This document shows positions 49,715-58,531 of a stretch of 64,000 bases of DNA, in pieces. Position 1 is the first letter of the stretch; every line of letters begins with the position of its first letter. The notes beneath the pieces were generated by a model. The model was not told the DNA's origin. It made no database searches and was given only the letters and a program-made list of their open reading frames with translations. The translations under genes were made by a program, and so were the position numbers. Origin of the DNA: an uncultured Bacteriovoracaceae bacterium (GTDB lineage: Bacteria; Bdellovibrionota; Bacteriovoracia; Bacteriovoracales; Bacteriovoracaceae); contig CAXGUD010000002.1 in NCBI GenBank assembly GCA_964012805.1, positions 96,001 to 160,000 of the forward strand, given 5' to 3'.

Positions 49715-51391
49715 TTGAGAACACAAACAATCTGGTGGACATTTGTTAAAAAGGATTGGTTGATCTATGTTATCGGCGCTTTTTGTGTTTTGTTTTGCGG
49801 GGGCCTTCAAGTCTTACTCCCCTACATCCTAGGTCAGGGGATTGACCTTATGAAAGGTCTTCCCACTACCTCTTTCTTGCAATCGCTCACAAAAGAAAAG
49901 GCTTTTTCCTTGCTTTTTTTCTCCTTTTTGACTGGTCAGTTTTTGCTTGCCATTGGCCGCTGGGGTTGGAGGCTGACTTTGGCCCGAATGACTCATTATG
50001 CTGGTTCACATTTGAGGGAACAAATTTGGAAAAAGGCATGCTATTTTCCTGGAAACCTCTTTCAAAAATTATATACGCCAGGAAGGTTGATGAATGCTTC
50101 AACAAGCGACGTCCATGCTGCCCGCATGGTCTTTGGTTTTACACTCGTCGCTGTTTTCGATATTTTATTTCTAGGTACCCTCACTCTTGTTTTAATGTCC
50201 TCAATTGATGTTTCCATAACACTATGGATGCTTTTTCTTTTTGTGCTTCTCCCTCCCTTTATTAAAAAGCTTTCAACTAAAGAAATGAAGCTTTACCAGT
50301 TGGCCCAAGAGTCCCTCTCGTTTTTCCATGAAAAGTGTGCGCACTCTATTTCTACAATCAGGCTCCAACGATTAACTCAAACAGGGGACCTCTGGGAAAA
50401 AGTTCTAGGAAAGACTGCCGAAGATTATAGAGAAAGAAGGCTCAGCGCAACTTTCTGCTCCCTCCAATTTATTCCAACCATGGGGATTGGGACAGTCTTT
50501 TCCTATCTAGTCCTTTTTGGATTAGGAATATCCAAAGTCCTTGACGGCAGTTTAAGCCTCGGTGATTTTGTTATACTACAAAGTTACGTACTCCTCCTTC
50601 AAGAGCCAATTTTAGAATTAGGTTTTATCATTTCAGAAATTCAAAGGGCCAAAACAAGTCTGGGAAGACTTGGTAACATTTACCAGGAAAAGCCACAAAA
50701 AAACCTTATCGGAAAAGGTGAACCTACCGTTATACCAACAAAAGGTCCTATTTTTAATATCAAGGCCCTCACTTACAAATACCCCGATGCCCCTCTATCT
50801 CTAGGCCCTTTTAATTTTACCCTCTTTAAAAATGAAAAACTTGGCCTTATGGGTCCAACAGGAACAGGAAAATCAACTCTCCTTCACATTCTTCTAGGCC
50901 TTAAAACTCAATTCGAAGGTGAAGCCCTTTTTCTTGGCAAATCGGTTAATGTTTATGAACACACACCTCTTCGTCAACACCTCACAATGGTTTCCCAAGA
51001 CCCTTTTGTTTTCGCTGATACCATAAGAAATAATATCCAAGGAGCCAACGAGAAGAGTGATCAGGATATTTGGAAAGTTCTTGATTTAGTTGCCCTAAGG
51101 GATGAAGTCGAAGGCTTTCCCGACGGTCTTGAAACACCACTGGGTGAATGGGGACTTAATCTAAGTGGTGGCCAAAAGCAAAGGCTCACAATGGCCCGTG
51201 CTTTTATACAAAAACCAAGCTTTCTTTTCTTGGATGATTGCTTGAGTAGTGTCGATACACTTACGGAAGAGAAAATTCTTAAAAACATGACCTCTTATCT
51301 CGAAGATAAAACCGTCATCTGGGTATCTCATAGAAAATCAACTCTTAGGCTCTGTGATAGAATTTTGGAAATAAATCATGCAGCAACATAA
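49715..51391 (+). CDS. ABC exporter, TMD+NBD subunit 1 (MdlA-like)
   Basis: TMD plus GPTGTGKST, LSGGQKQR, DDCLSSVD (degenerate Walker B). Confidence 0.88.
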   Translation: MRTQTIWWTFVKKDWLIYVIGAFCVLFCGGLQVLLPYILGQGIDLMKGLPTTSFLQSLTKEKAFSLLFFSFLTGQFLLAIGRWGWRLTLARMTHYAGSHLREQIWKKACYFPGNLFQKLYTPGRLMNASTSDVHAARMVFGFTLVAVFDILFLGTLTLVLMSSIDVSITLWMLFLFVLLPPFIKKLSTKEMKLYQLAQESLSFFHEKCAHSISTIRLQRLTQTGDLWEKVLGKTAEDYRERRLSATFCSLQFIPTMGIGTVFSYLVLFGLGISKVLDGSLSLGDFVILQSYVLLLQEPILELGFIISEIQRAKTSLGRLGNIYQEKPQKNLIGKGEPTVIPTKGPIFNIKALTYKYPDAPLSLGPFNFTLFKNEKLGLMGPTGTGKSTLLHILLGLKTQFEGEALFLGKSVNVYEHTPLRQHLTMVSQDPFVFADTIRNNIQGANEKSDQDIWKVLDLVALRDEVEGFPDGLETPLGEWGLNLSGGQKQRLTMARAFIQKPSFLFLDDCLSSVDTLTEEKILKNMTSYLEDKTVIWVSHRKSTLRLCDRILEINHAAT

Positions 51392-53168
51392 AAAAAAGTT
51401 TTATTTTGAAAAAGATGATTACCATTTAGAAGGCAGCCTTGTTGAACTTATCAAAGGCCTTTTAAAATTTTTGTCCCCTTACAAATTGTCTTTCTTTTAC
51501 GCCCTTATACTTATATTTATCAGCTCTCTTCTCGCCATGACCTCAGCTAGAGTTATGGGTCTTTTAGTTGATGAAGGCCTAGCACCAAAAAACTGGGGGG
51601 TGTCTTTAAAATGGGGAGGGATTATCCTGGCCCTTGAAACCATGTCACTTCTTGCCCTTTGGAGAGGAAGGTATACTCTTGTAAATGCTTCTTCAAAAGG
51701 TCTTTTAGACATTAGAAAAAATGTTTTTAAAGATATTCAATTCATCTCCATGGGTTACTTTGACAAACAGCCCGAGGGTAGAACTGTAACTCGTATGACT
51801 CACGACATTGAAAGCCTTGAAGATTTTTTTTCAGGCAGCCTTGGGCGTCTCTTGAATGCACTTATTCTCTTTATTGTTTCTATATTTGCCATGCTGTTAA
51901 CAAACCTTAACCTTGGACTAACGCTCCTCTCAGGTCTTATTCCTGTTTTTATCCTCACTTATTTTTCAAGAAGGAAAGTTCGAACCCTTAATCATCAAAT
52001 ATCACGCTATAATAGTGCCTTAAATGCGAAGCTCTCCGAATACTTAAGGGGTGTTATGACCTTAAGGATTTTTGGGTGGGAAAGGTGGTCTCTTAACCAC
52101 TATGGAAAGGCCATTGAAAAACATAAACAATCTTTCTTAAACGCCAACAATTTTTATGCCTGGAACCGACCCCTTACCAATTTTCTTTGCACACTTCCAA
52201 TAATCCTTCTCTTTTGGTTCGGAGGACTTAAAGTTTTAAATGGTGCTTTAGAGATGGGCCTCTTTGTGGCCTTTATTCGTTATTGTGAACGATTCACAAC
52301 CCCCCTTGCTAACGTCACCAGAGAGGTTCAACAAATCCAGCAATCACTTACATCTGGAGAAAGGATCCTTTCCTTTCTTAATGCTCAAAAAGAAGAGGAT
52401 GTGTTGGGTAAAGATGGAAACCTTACACCTAAACCCAGTGGTGGAATTTCATTTCAAAACGTCTCCATGTACTACTCCTCTGACCAATGGATTTTAAATG
52501 ATTTAAATTTCACAATTCACCCAGGTGAAAAAATTGGACTTGTTGGGAAAACAGGAAGTGGGAAGACAACGACGCTTAATCTTCTGGGTCGTCTCTACCC
52601 TTTCCAAAAAGGAACTATTTCTATTTGGGGTCAAGATATAAAAAAATTTAAGAGGTCACACCTAAGAAAGAATATCGGATTTGTCAGCCAAAAGGCCCTC
52701 TTCTTCAAAGGAACAATTAAAGAGAATATCTTTTTAGAAGAAAAAGATTTTGACTTAACAAAAGAGAAAGCTTTAAAAGAGCTGGGACTCTACCAATGGC
52801 TAGAGGAAAAGGGCCTGACTTTAAATTCTCCAATTTTGGAAAATGGATCCAATTTAAGTGAGGGTGAAAAACAATTCCTTTCTATTTCGAGAGTTTTAAT
52901 TCAAAACCCTGCCCTCCTTATTCTCGATGAAGCAACCGCTCATATTGACATTAAAAATGAAGAAAAAATTCAGTCTGCCCTTGATCAAATTATGGAAAAT
53001 AAAACATGCCTTATCGTCGCTCATCGACTTCACACTTTAAGAAATTGTGACAGACTCTTTGTCTTTAAAAATGGAAGATTAATTGAAGAGGGTAATCATG
53101 AGGACCTGATCGAAAAAAAGGGGGAATTTTACAATCTATCCCATGAAACTTTGAAATTTAAGGCCTGA
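51378..53168 (+). CDS. ABC exporter, TMD+NBD subunit 2 (MdlB-like)
   Basis: GKTGSGKTT, LSEGEKQ, LDEATAHID; overlaps partner. Confidence 0.88.
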   Translation: MQQHKKKFYFEKDDYHLEGSLVELIKGLLKFLSPYKLSFFYALILIFISSLLAMTSARVMGLLVDEGLAPKNWGVSLKWGGIILALETMSLLALWRGRYTLVNASSKGLLDIRKNVFKDIQFISMGYFDKQPEGRTVTRMTHDIESLEDFFSGSLGRLLNALILFIVSIFAMLLTNLNLGLTLLSGLIPVFILTYFSRRKVRTLNHQISRYNSALNAKLSEYLRGVMTLRIFGWERWSLNHYGKAIEKHKQSFLNANNFYAWNRPLTNFLCTLPIILLFWFGGLKVLNGALEMGLFVAFIRYCERFTTPLANVTREVQQIQQSLTSGERILSFLNAQKEEDVLGKDGNLTPKPSGGISFQNVSMYYSSDQWILNDLNFTIHPGEKIGLVGKTGSGKTTTLNLLGRLYPFQKGTISIWGQDIKKFKRSHLRKNIGFVSQKALFFKGTIKENIFLEEKDFDLTKEKALKELGLYQWLEEKGLTLNSPILENGSNLSEGEKQFLSISRVLIQNPALLILDEATAHIDIKNEEKIQSALDQIMENKTCLIVAHRLHTLRNCDRLFVFKNGRLIEEGNHEDLIEKKGEFYNLSHETLKFKA

Positions 53169-53290
53169 TAAATATATAGCCATAAAATTAATGTATACAT
53201 TGAAAATTTTTCGACAAATTCATTATCCACGACCAGGGAGTCTTTCATTACTCCCTCTACTTTAGATCAAATATTTTTATAAGATTGAGT

Positions 53291-53596
53291 TTAAAAGCAT
53301 CCACTTCCCGAACTTTCCTTATCAGCGTATACCTTCTCTTCTTTTTGGTCAGAATTACTTATTCTTTTTACATCTTGCAAAAAAAGCTTTTTGGCCCGTT
53401 CATCAACCCCCAGTACTTTACAAAACTTTTCAATATTGGTTCTTGAAAGGTTTCTTTTATGATTGATACACTGACTTAAAGCTGTTGGTGAAATGCCCAA
53501 AAACCGAGAAAATGCCCTTAAAGAAAAAAAGCTATTTTTTTCCTTCCTGATTTTAAGTTCACTTTTTAAAAAAACACCACAATAATTTGTCCTCAT
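53291..53596 (-). CDS. Small HTH protein resembling the N-terminal domain of TIGR02147/DUF4423-family proteins
   Basis: LKSEL..RK.KN..FSLRAFSRFLGISPTALS....KRNLS; GGAGG RBS. Confidence 0.65.
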   Translation of the reverse strand: MRTNYCGVFLKSELKIRKEKNSFFSLRAFSRFLGISPTALSQCINHKRNLSRTNIEKFCKVLGVDERAKKLFLQDVKRISNSDQKEEKVYADKESSGSGCF

Positions 53597-53798
53597 CCCT
53601 ATCCTCCAAGAAAATTAAGGTTCCTGGAAGCATAATGAACTAAAAGGGTGTCTGATTACAGACCTCTAAAGCTGTTTCCATTTACATTTGTCAACAAATT
53701 GGAACTGTTTAAAGAAAAACCATTTTTCAAACCAACATAAGTGTCTGTTTTTACTGACCTTTTTTAGATTGGGAGAAGAGGTCGGGCCATTTGTTTGA

Positions 53799-54149
53799 TT
53801 AATTTTTAGAAGACTTAAGTGCCGCAATCTTTTTAGCTATATTCTTAACCTTTAACTCATCAAAATTCGGGTTTAGAGGAAGTAAATCAATTCCTTTTGT
53901 TTCACGCCTCAAGTCCTCAATCGCATGGGCAAGAATATTATCAACAACCAAGGTCCTTATCACAACTTCTGGGAGTTTATATTTTTCAACCTCCGACATA
54001 TGGTCTTCCATTAGTTCCTTATTAAAGTTTTTTTCCGCAGCTTTTGCCTCACCTTCCATTAAATCCATTTCAATATTATTTGCAGCTGAAAGATGATAAT
54101 TATAAAGAATGTAATTACGTACATCATCAATAGTAATTTTTCCTTCCAC
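53799..54149 (-). CDS. Hypothetical protein
   Basis: 116-aa charged helical ORF, GTG start. Confidence 0.65.
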   Translation of the reverse strand: MEGKITIDDVRNYILYNYHLSAANNIEMDLMEGEAKAAEKNFNKELMEDHMSEVEKYKLPEVVIRTLVVDNILAHAIEDLRRETKGIDLLPLNPNFDELKVKNIAKKIAALKSSKN

Positions 54150-54473
54150 GCTAACCCCAATGAACCCTATTAGTATGTTTAAAACTACCCTTCCAATGAT
54201 ACCAGGTTTTTTTATTTTTTTAGAAGAGGTTAATGAAAAATATTAAAAAATTTAGCTTTTTAATCACACTTAAAAAGTGTCAATCCTTGACCAAGCTCTC
54301 TGATACTTTTTTTTAGAGGCTAGCCTAATTCCTATCCATTTTTTAACAAAAGGCCTGGTGACTTATTCGATCAAGCTTATCAATCACCAAAAGATGGTGA
54401 TACCATTTTCGGGAAAAGACTCCAAAAACGACCCTAAACATTTGCGATTAGTAAGAAAGATTATTGAATGATT

Positions 54474-54507
54474 AAAAAAAAAAGGAGACCAACCGCCTCC
54501 TTTTTTT
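54474..54507 (-). terminator. Intrinsic terminator after the alpha/beta hydrolase
   Basis: Minus strand GGAGGC-GGTTG-GTCTCC followed by T10. Confidence 0.75.
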
Positions 54508-54563
54508 ATTTTTACATTTTTAAGACTTTTAATTATAAATTTTTATATTCATTCCTTTAATCA

Positions 54564-55505
54564 TTAATTTGCAAAGTTCAAGATGGCCTTTGCAGTTTTA
54601 TACTTTTTCTCAATTTGAACAGACTGACCACATTTATCAAAAATAAGGTAACTGAATTCAGGTCTCAATTGAATAAACTCCTGGGCCCTTTCAATAGACT
54701 GCTTTCCAAAGCCTACATTCTCAGCATTTTTTCCGAAAATACTTAAAGTAGGTACATTCACCCCAAAAGAAGCATCTTCAAACGTTCTATACATTTGGCC
54801 ACCAATAAAAGAGAAAGTCAGCCACTTTTGCCATGGACGGTCTTTTGCCATTTTGCTTTCTTTAATTCTCATTTTATCAATCAATTTATCATTGTAGACA
54901 GTTTGCTTTAGAAAATACTTAATTGAAGGCTTCGTTAAAACCATCCAGTAGAAAAACTTACCAAAACCTTTTTTGTTATAGAGTCTATCAAAAAGTTTTT
55001 GCTGACTTTCTCTAGGAGGATTAGCAAGAGTATTGATTCCATTTGGAGAAAGAAGAATAAGTGATTTGAATAATTCTGGTCTTTGTCCAGCTATCTTTAG
55101 GGCCGACTGACCTAAAATACTTTCTGTAACAACATTAGCAGGTCTTCCTACAGCATGCTCGAGAAACCCTTCAACAAAATCATCCATAACCTCCATAGTA
55201 TAGATTCTCTTTGGGCTATGACTATCTCCTGCACCTGGTAGATCCATTAAGTAAACTCTAGCTCCATTATTATCGAGTATAGGAAGCAACTGGCGCCAAG
55301 TTCTATGACTTGCACCACCATAGATGCCATGGAAAAGAACTATTAAGGGGCCATTATTACCAACTTTAGGGCCTCTATAAGCAATTTCTCCAAAGCCTGG
55401 AATTTCAATCCTCCTATCTAACTTTGACCTAAGCTCGACAGGGATTTCTTTACTCAAGGCACTAAAGGAAAACAGAAGTGCGAAAATGATTGTAATTTTA
55501 TTCAT
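54564..55505 (-). CDS. Exported alpha/beta-fold hydrolase-like protein
   Basis: Signal peptide; LFHGIYGG, DLPGAGDS, VPTL.IFG; atypical TESIL elbow and CGQ. Confidence 0.8.
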   Translation of the reverse strand: MNKITIIFALLFSFSALSKEIPVELRSKLDRRIEIPGFGEIAYRGPKVGNNGPLIVLFHGIYGGASHRTWRQLLPILDNNGARVYLMDLPGAGDSHSPKRIYTMEVMDDFVEGFLEHAVGRPANVVTESILGQSALKIAGQRPELFKSLILLSPNGINTLANPPRESQQKLFDRLYNKKGFGKFFYWMVLTKPSIKYFLKQTVYNDKLIDKMRIKESKMAKDRPWQKWLTFSFIGGQMYRTFEDASFGVNVPTLSIFGKNAENVGFGKQSIERAQEFIQLRPEFSYLIFDKCGQSVQIEKKYKTAKAILNFAN

Positions 55506-55796
55506 AGTGATTTCTCCTCAGCATTTAAAATAACGCTCTCTAATAAATATCCTGTTAGTTGTTTTGTAAACATCTTGGAAAGATGGTAGTTGATAAAGTG
55601 GAAAAAGGTACTTAGATTTTTCCTAGACATATTTTTTTTATAGAGGCTCTCGGAAACAAACTAACGCTTAACACAAAAAAGATACCGACACAATGAACTC
55701 GGTCCTTTAAAAACTATCTTTTTATAAAACACTCTTTTCATTACCTATTATTCTCGCGATGATAACAAACATTTAATTTTTAAAAAAGGGTAAAAA

Positions 55797-57110
55797 ATGA
55801 GACTTTTTTATATTTTGACTTTAAGTCTTTTTTTCCTAGGAAGTGCCTGGTCATTCAACGATATTTCGCCGGTTCAATCCCAATCCCCGCTTTTAAATGA
55901 TGGCCCTTGGGGTATTGATCTTCCAGAAAAGATATCACCAATGCAAATTAGAGTTTTGATTTTTCCTCATACTCTTAAAAAAGACTATCGTCATGGAGTC
56001 CCAGACAACCCTCATAAGCTCAAAATTTTTAGTGAATCCCCAATTAAGTCAGGGTCACAAGTTCTGGGTAAAAACCTAACCTTTACTTTTAATAAATCAA
56101 AAGGCTTTAAAATCAAAGGGGAAGACCTAAAAAAGGAAATAACTAGCAGATTTATAAAGCTTACTTCAAAAAGTCCCATCTCCCTTTTCAGGGAAAACAA
56201 TCCAAAAAAAACTCATAAGTATGTTGGAAAAATTGAAGTCAGGGCCAATAAATTTGGCCTCTTTGTCGTCAACCACATCACTATAGAAGATTATTTAAAG
56301 GGTGTTGTACCCAACGAAGTTGTAAAAACTTGGCCGATCGAAGTCTTAAAGGCCCAAGCTGTCGCGGCAAGGACATACGCAGTTTATCATAGTTTAAGCG
56401 GTCAAGATTCTGCATTTTGGGATGTCGATGACACTGCAAGGTATCAGGTTTTTACTGGGGTCACGCACTCAGTTTCAAAAACAAACCATTCAGTTATGGA
56501 AACAAAAAACGAGGTTATGACCTACAAAGACAAAATTATTAAGGCCTATTTCCACGCTTATAGTGGTGGAAAAACATCTTCAGCAAAAGAAATTTTTGGA
56601 GAAATAGACAACGAATATTGCCTAGATAATGCAGAAGTTTTTTCAAGAGAAGATTTATTAAAGGAACTTAATCCAAAATTTGCATGGATTGTGGAATGGA
56701 TTGGACCCAAAATAAAAAAATCTAATTTGATAAAACAAATTAAAAAAAGTGCAAAATTAAGTCAAAAGTTCAAGGACTTTAATGAGTCGACAGAAATTGA
56801 TTTAAAGCCCGAAAGAGATAAAGATAATTTTCAATCCTTGACCAAATTGTGGATACTTCAAAAAGATAAAGAGGAATTTCTAACCTATAAGGAGATCCGA
56901 TCACTTTTTGGTTATGGGAAGATTCCTTCCTATTGGTTTTATTTTTATCAAAACCAACAGGTTTCTTTTCAGTTTAAAGGCCATGGTTGGGGCCATCACG
57001 TAGGAATGAGTCAATGGGGTGCCTATATGATGGCCAAAAATTATAATTATCAATATAAAGAAATATTAGAGCACTACTACAATGGGATCTCTTTTAGAAA
57101 AGTTAATTAA
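55797..57110 (+). CDS. SpoIID/LytB-domain lytic transglycosylase-like protein
   Basis: EDYLKGVVPNE, LKAQAVAARTYA, GHGWGHHVGMSQWGA, ILEHYY. Confidence 0.9.
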   Translation: MRLFYILTLSLFFLGSAWSFNDISPVQSQSPLLNDGPWGIDLPEKISPMQIRVLIFPHTLKKDYRHGVPDNPHKLKIFSESPIKSGSQVLGKNLTFTFNKSKGFKIKGEDLKKEITSRFIKLTSKSPISLFRENNPKKTHKYVGKIEVRANKFGLFVVNHITIEDYLKGVVPNEVVKTWPIEVLKAQAVAARTYAVYHSLSGQDSAFWDVDDTARYQVFTGVTHSVSKTNHSVMETKNEVMTYKDKIIKAYFHAYSGGKTSSAKEIFGEIDNEYCLDNAEVFSREDLLKELNPKFAWIVEWIGPKIKKSNLIKQIKKSAKLSQKFKDFNESTEIDLKPERDKDNFQSLTKLWILQKDKEEFLTYKEIRSLFGYGKIPSYWFYFYQNQQVSFQFKGHGWGHHVGMSQWGAYMMAKNYNYQYKEILEHYYNGISFRKVN

Positions 57111-57158
57111 AGTTAAAGACTTTTTGACTGCCAACTATTTTTTAAAGATCCATAGTAT

Positions 57159-57593
57159 TTAAATATTAAAACTTATAAAGCTTAATAAAATCAAACGAAT
57201 ACTCCAACCGAAGGTACGAATCCAATTTGTATTAATCAAAAGTCGAATTGCTTTAAGGTCTTTCCCATTTTCAAGTTTCTTATGAAGAGGAACACTAAAA
57301 ACAAAAGTGATTAACCAAATAATAAAAAGGATTATTAAATTGAAAATAAAAAAACGTTCAAAGTAAATTTTAGCATGAAAAAGTATGATAAAAATACCAG
57401 TAAAAAGCTCTATCAACATAGCTGGTAAAACAATCAAACTAATTTTAAATTTATGAAATTTTTCGAAGTCTATAAACCTCTTCTCTTCGACGAACTGAAA
57501 ACCTGGGTAATGAACCAATTGAACAATCCAAATAACTCCAGTCATAAAAATTGTGCTTGCAAAATGTAGCAAGAACAGGACATCCTTATCCAC
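57159..57593 (-). CDS. Four-TM hypothetical membrane protein
   Basis: MTGVIWIVQLVHYP, VPLH, NWIRT..W. Confidence 0.75.
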   Translation of the reverse strand: MDKDVLFLLHFASTIFMTGVIWIVQLVHYPGFQFVEEKRFIDFEKFHKFKISLIVLPAMLIELFTGIFIILFHAKIYFERFFIFNLIILFIIWLITFVFSVPLHKKLENGKDLKAIRLLINTNWIRTFGWSIRLILLSFISFNI

Positions 57594-57625
57594 TTAGAAC
57601 CTCCTCTTATTAAATTAATTTTCTT

Positions 57626-58075
57626 TCAGGCCTTATTTTTATTGAATTGACTTTCTATTTCACTTTTAAAGTCATTGAGCATACCAGGGAAATAAAGGTC
57701 CATGGCCTTATCAACGACCTTCCCAACCGCCAATAGAGGTAATTTAACATGGATTATATAATCAGCATTCACTTGCCCATTACTCTCTTCGAGCTTCCAC
57801 TCCCCATCTAAAAGGCTGAAAAAGCCTTTTTTCTGTTTGAAAATGATATGTGTATCAGACTTTTTAACAGTTTCAATTGTGTACTCGAAAGGAAAAACAG
57901 AAATCTTCGCCTTATAGGAGACCTCTGAATCATTGCCATTTTGTGATATTACATTGGCAGATTGGATGGAATCTATATAATTTGGATATTTTTCAGTCTC
58001 TAATAAAACTTTAAGAACCGTTTTTAAATCTGATTTAAAAACAATACTCCTTTCCATTGTAAATTTTTTGCCCAT
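57626..58075 (-). CDS. SRPBCC/START (polyketide cyclase, RatA/Coq10-like) protein
   Basis: E.YPNYI, F.QKKGFF..L.GEW.L; GAGG RBS. Confidence 0.8.
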   Translation of the reverse strand: MGKKFTMERSIVFKSDLKTVLKVLLETEKYPNYIDSIQSANVISQNGNDSEVSYKAKISVFPFEYTIETVKKSDTHIIFKQKKGFFSLLDGEWKLEESNGQVNADYIIHVKLPLLAVGKVVDKAMDLYFPGMLNDFKSEIESQFNKNKA

Positions 58076-58267
58076 TTAGATACCTCATTGAAAATCATTC
58101 ATTATTTTTATTCTAACAGGTAAAAATTTTTCTAAACAATATTTTTGATCAATCCCTTCAAAAAAAGTTCCTTTTTCTTTTAAGTCGTAACATGATTCAA
58201 TCTGCGTTTGGGAAAAAATTGAAAATAATTAATCAATAAAATATAGTCATTTCCAAAAGCTAAATTT

Positions 58268-58510
58268 TTATTCTTTAATCTTCCGTTTTGATACCACTAA
58301 TTTCATATAAAGTGTATTTTTTTCTTCTTCATTCCTTTTTTCACAATTTTCAATACATTTAAGAAGATAAATCCTGCAAGTTGAGCACTTCCTTTACCAA
58401 CAAAGGCATTAACATGAGGAATATTCATATCCAGAGGTCCATCTAAAAGATGTTTTTCCTATATCCTCCTCAATTGTTTTATAATCTGGAAGAATCTTTA
58501 TTTTTGGCAT
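58268..58510 (-). pseudogene. Decayed 2Fe-2S ferredoxin-domain gene remnant
   Basis: Reconstructed across two compensating frameshifts: MPKIKILPDYKTIEEDIGKT/LLDGPLDMNIPHVNAFVGKG/KCSTCRIYLLKCIENCEKRNEEE; AAGGA RBS. Confidence 0.75.
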
Positions 58511-58531
58511 GTTCAGCTTTCCTTATTTTTT

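Noticed and set aside
53223..53231. TTATCCACG DnaA-box-like site
   Set aside because: Single mismatched copy with no origin context
53235..53256. AGGGAGT/ACTCCCT hairpin between convergent genes
   Set aside because: No U-tract on either strand, so it cannot be called a terminator
54150..54470. Short ORF (VTYSIKLINHQK...) and ACACT/AGTGT palindrome
   Set aside because: No RBS or motif; the palindrome is too short to be significant
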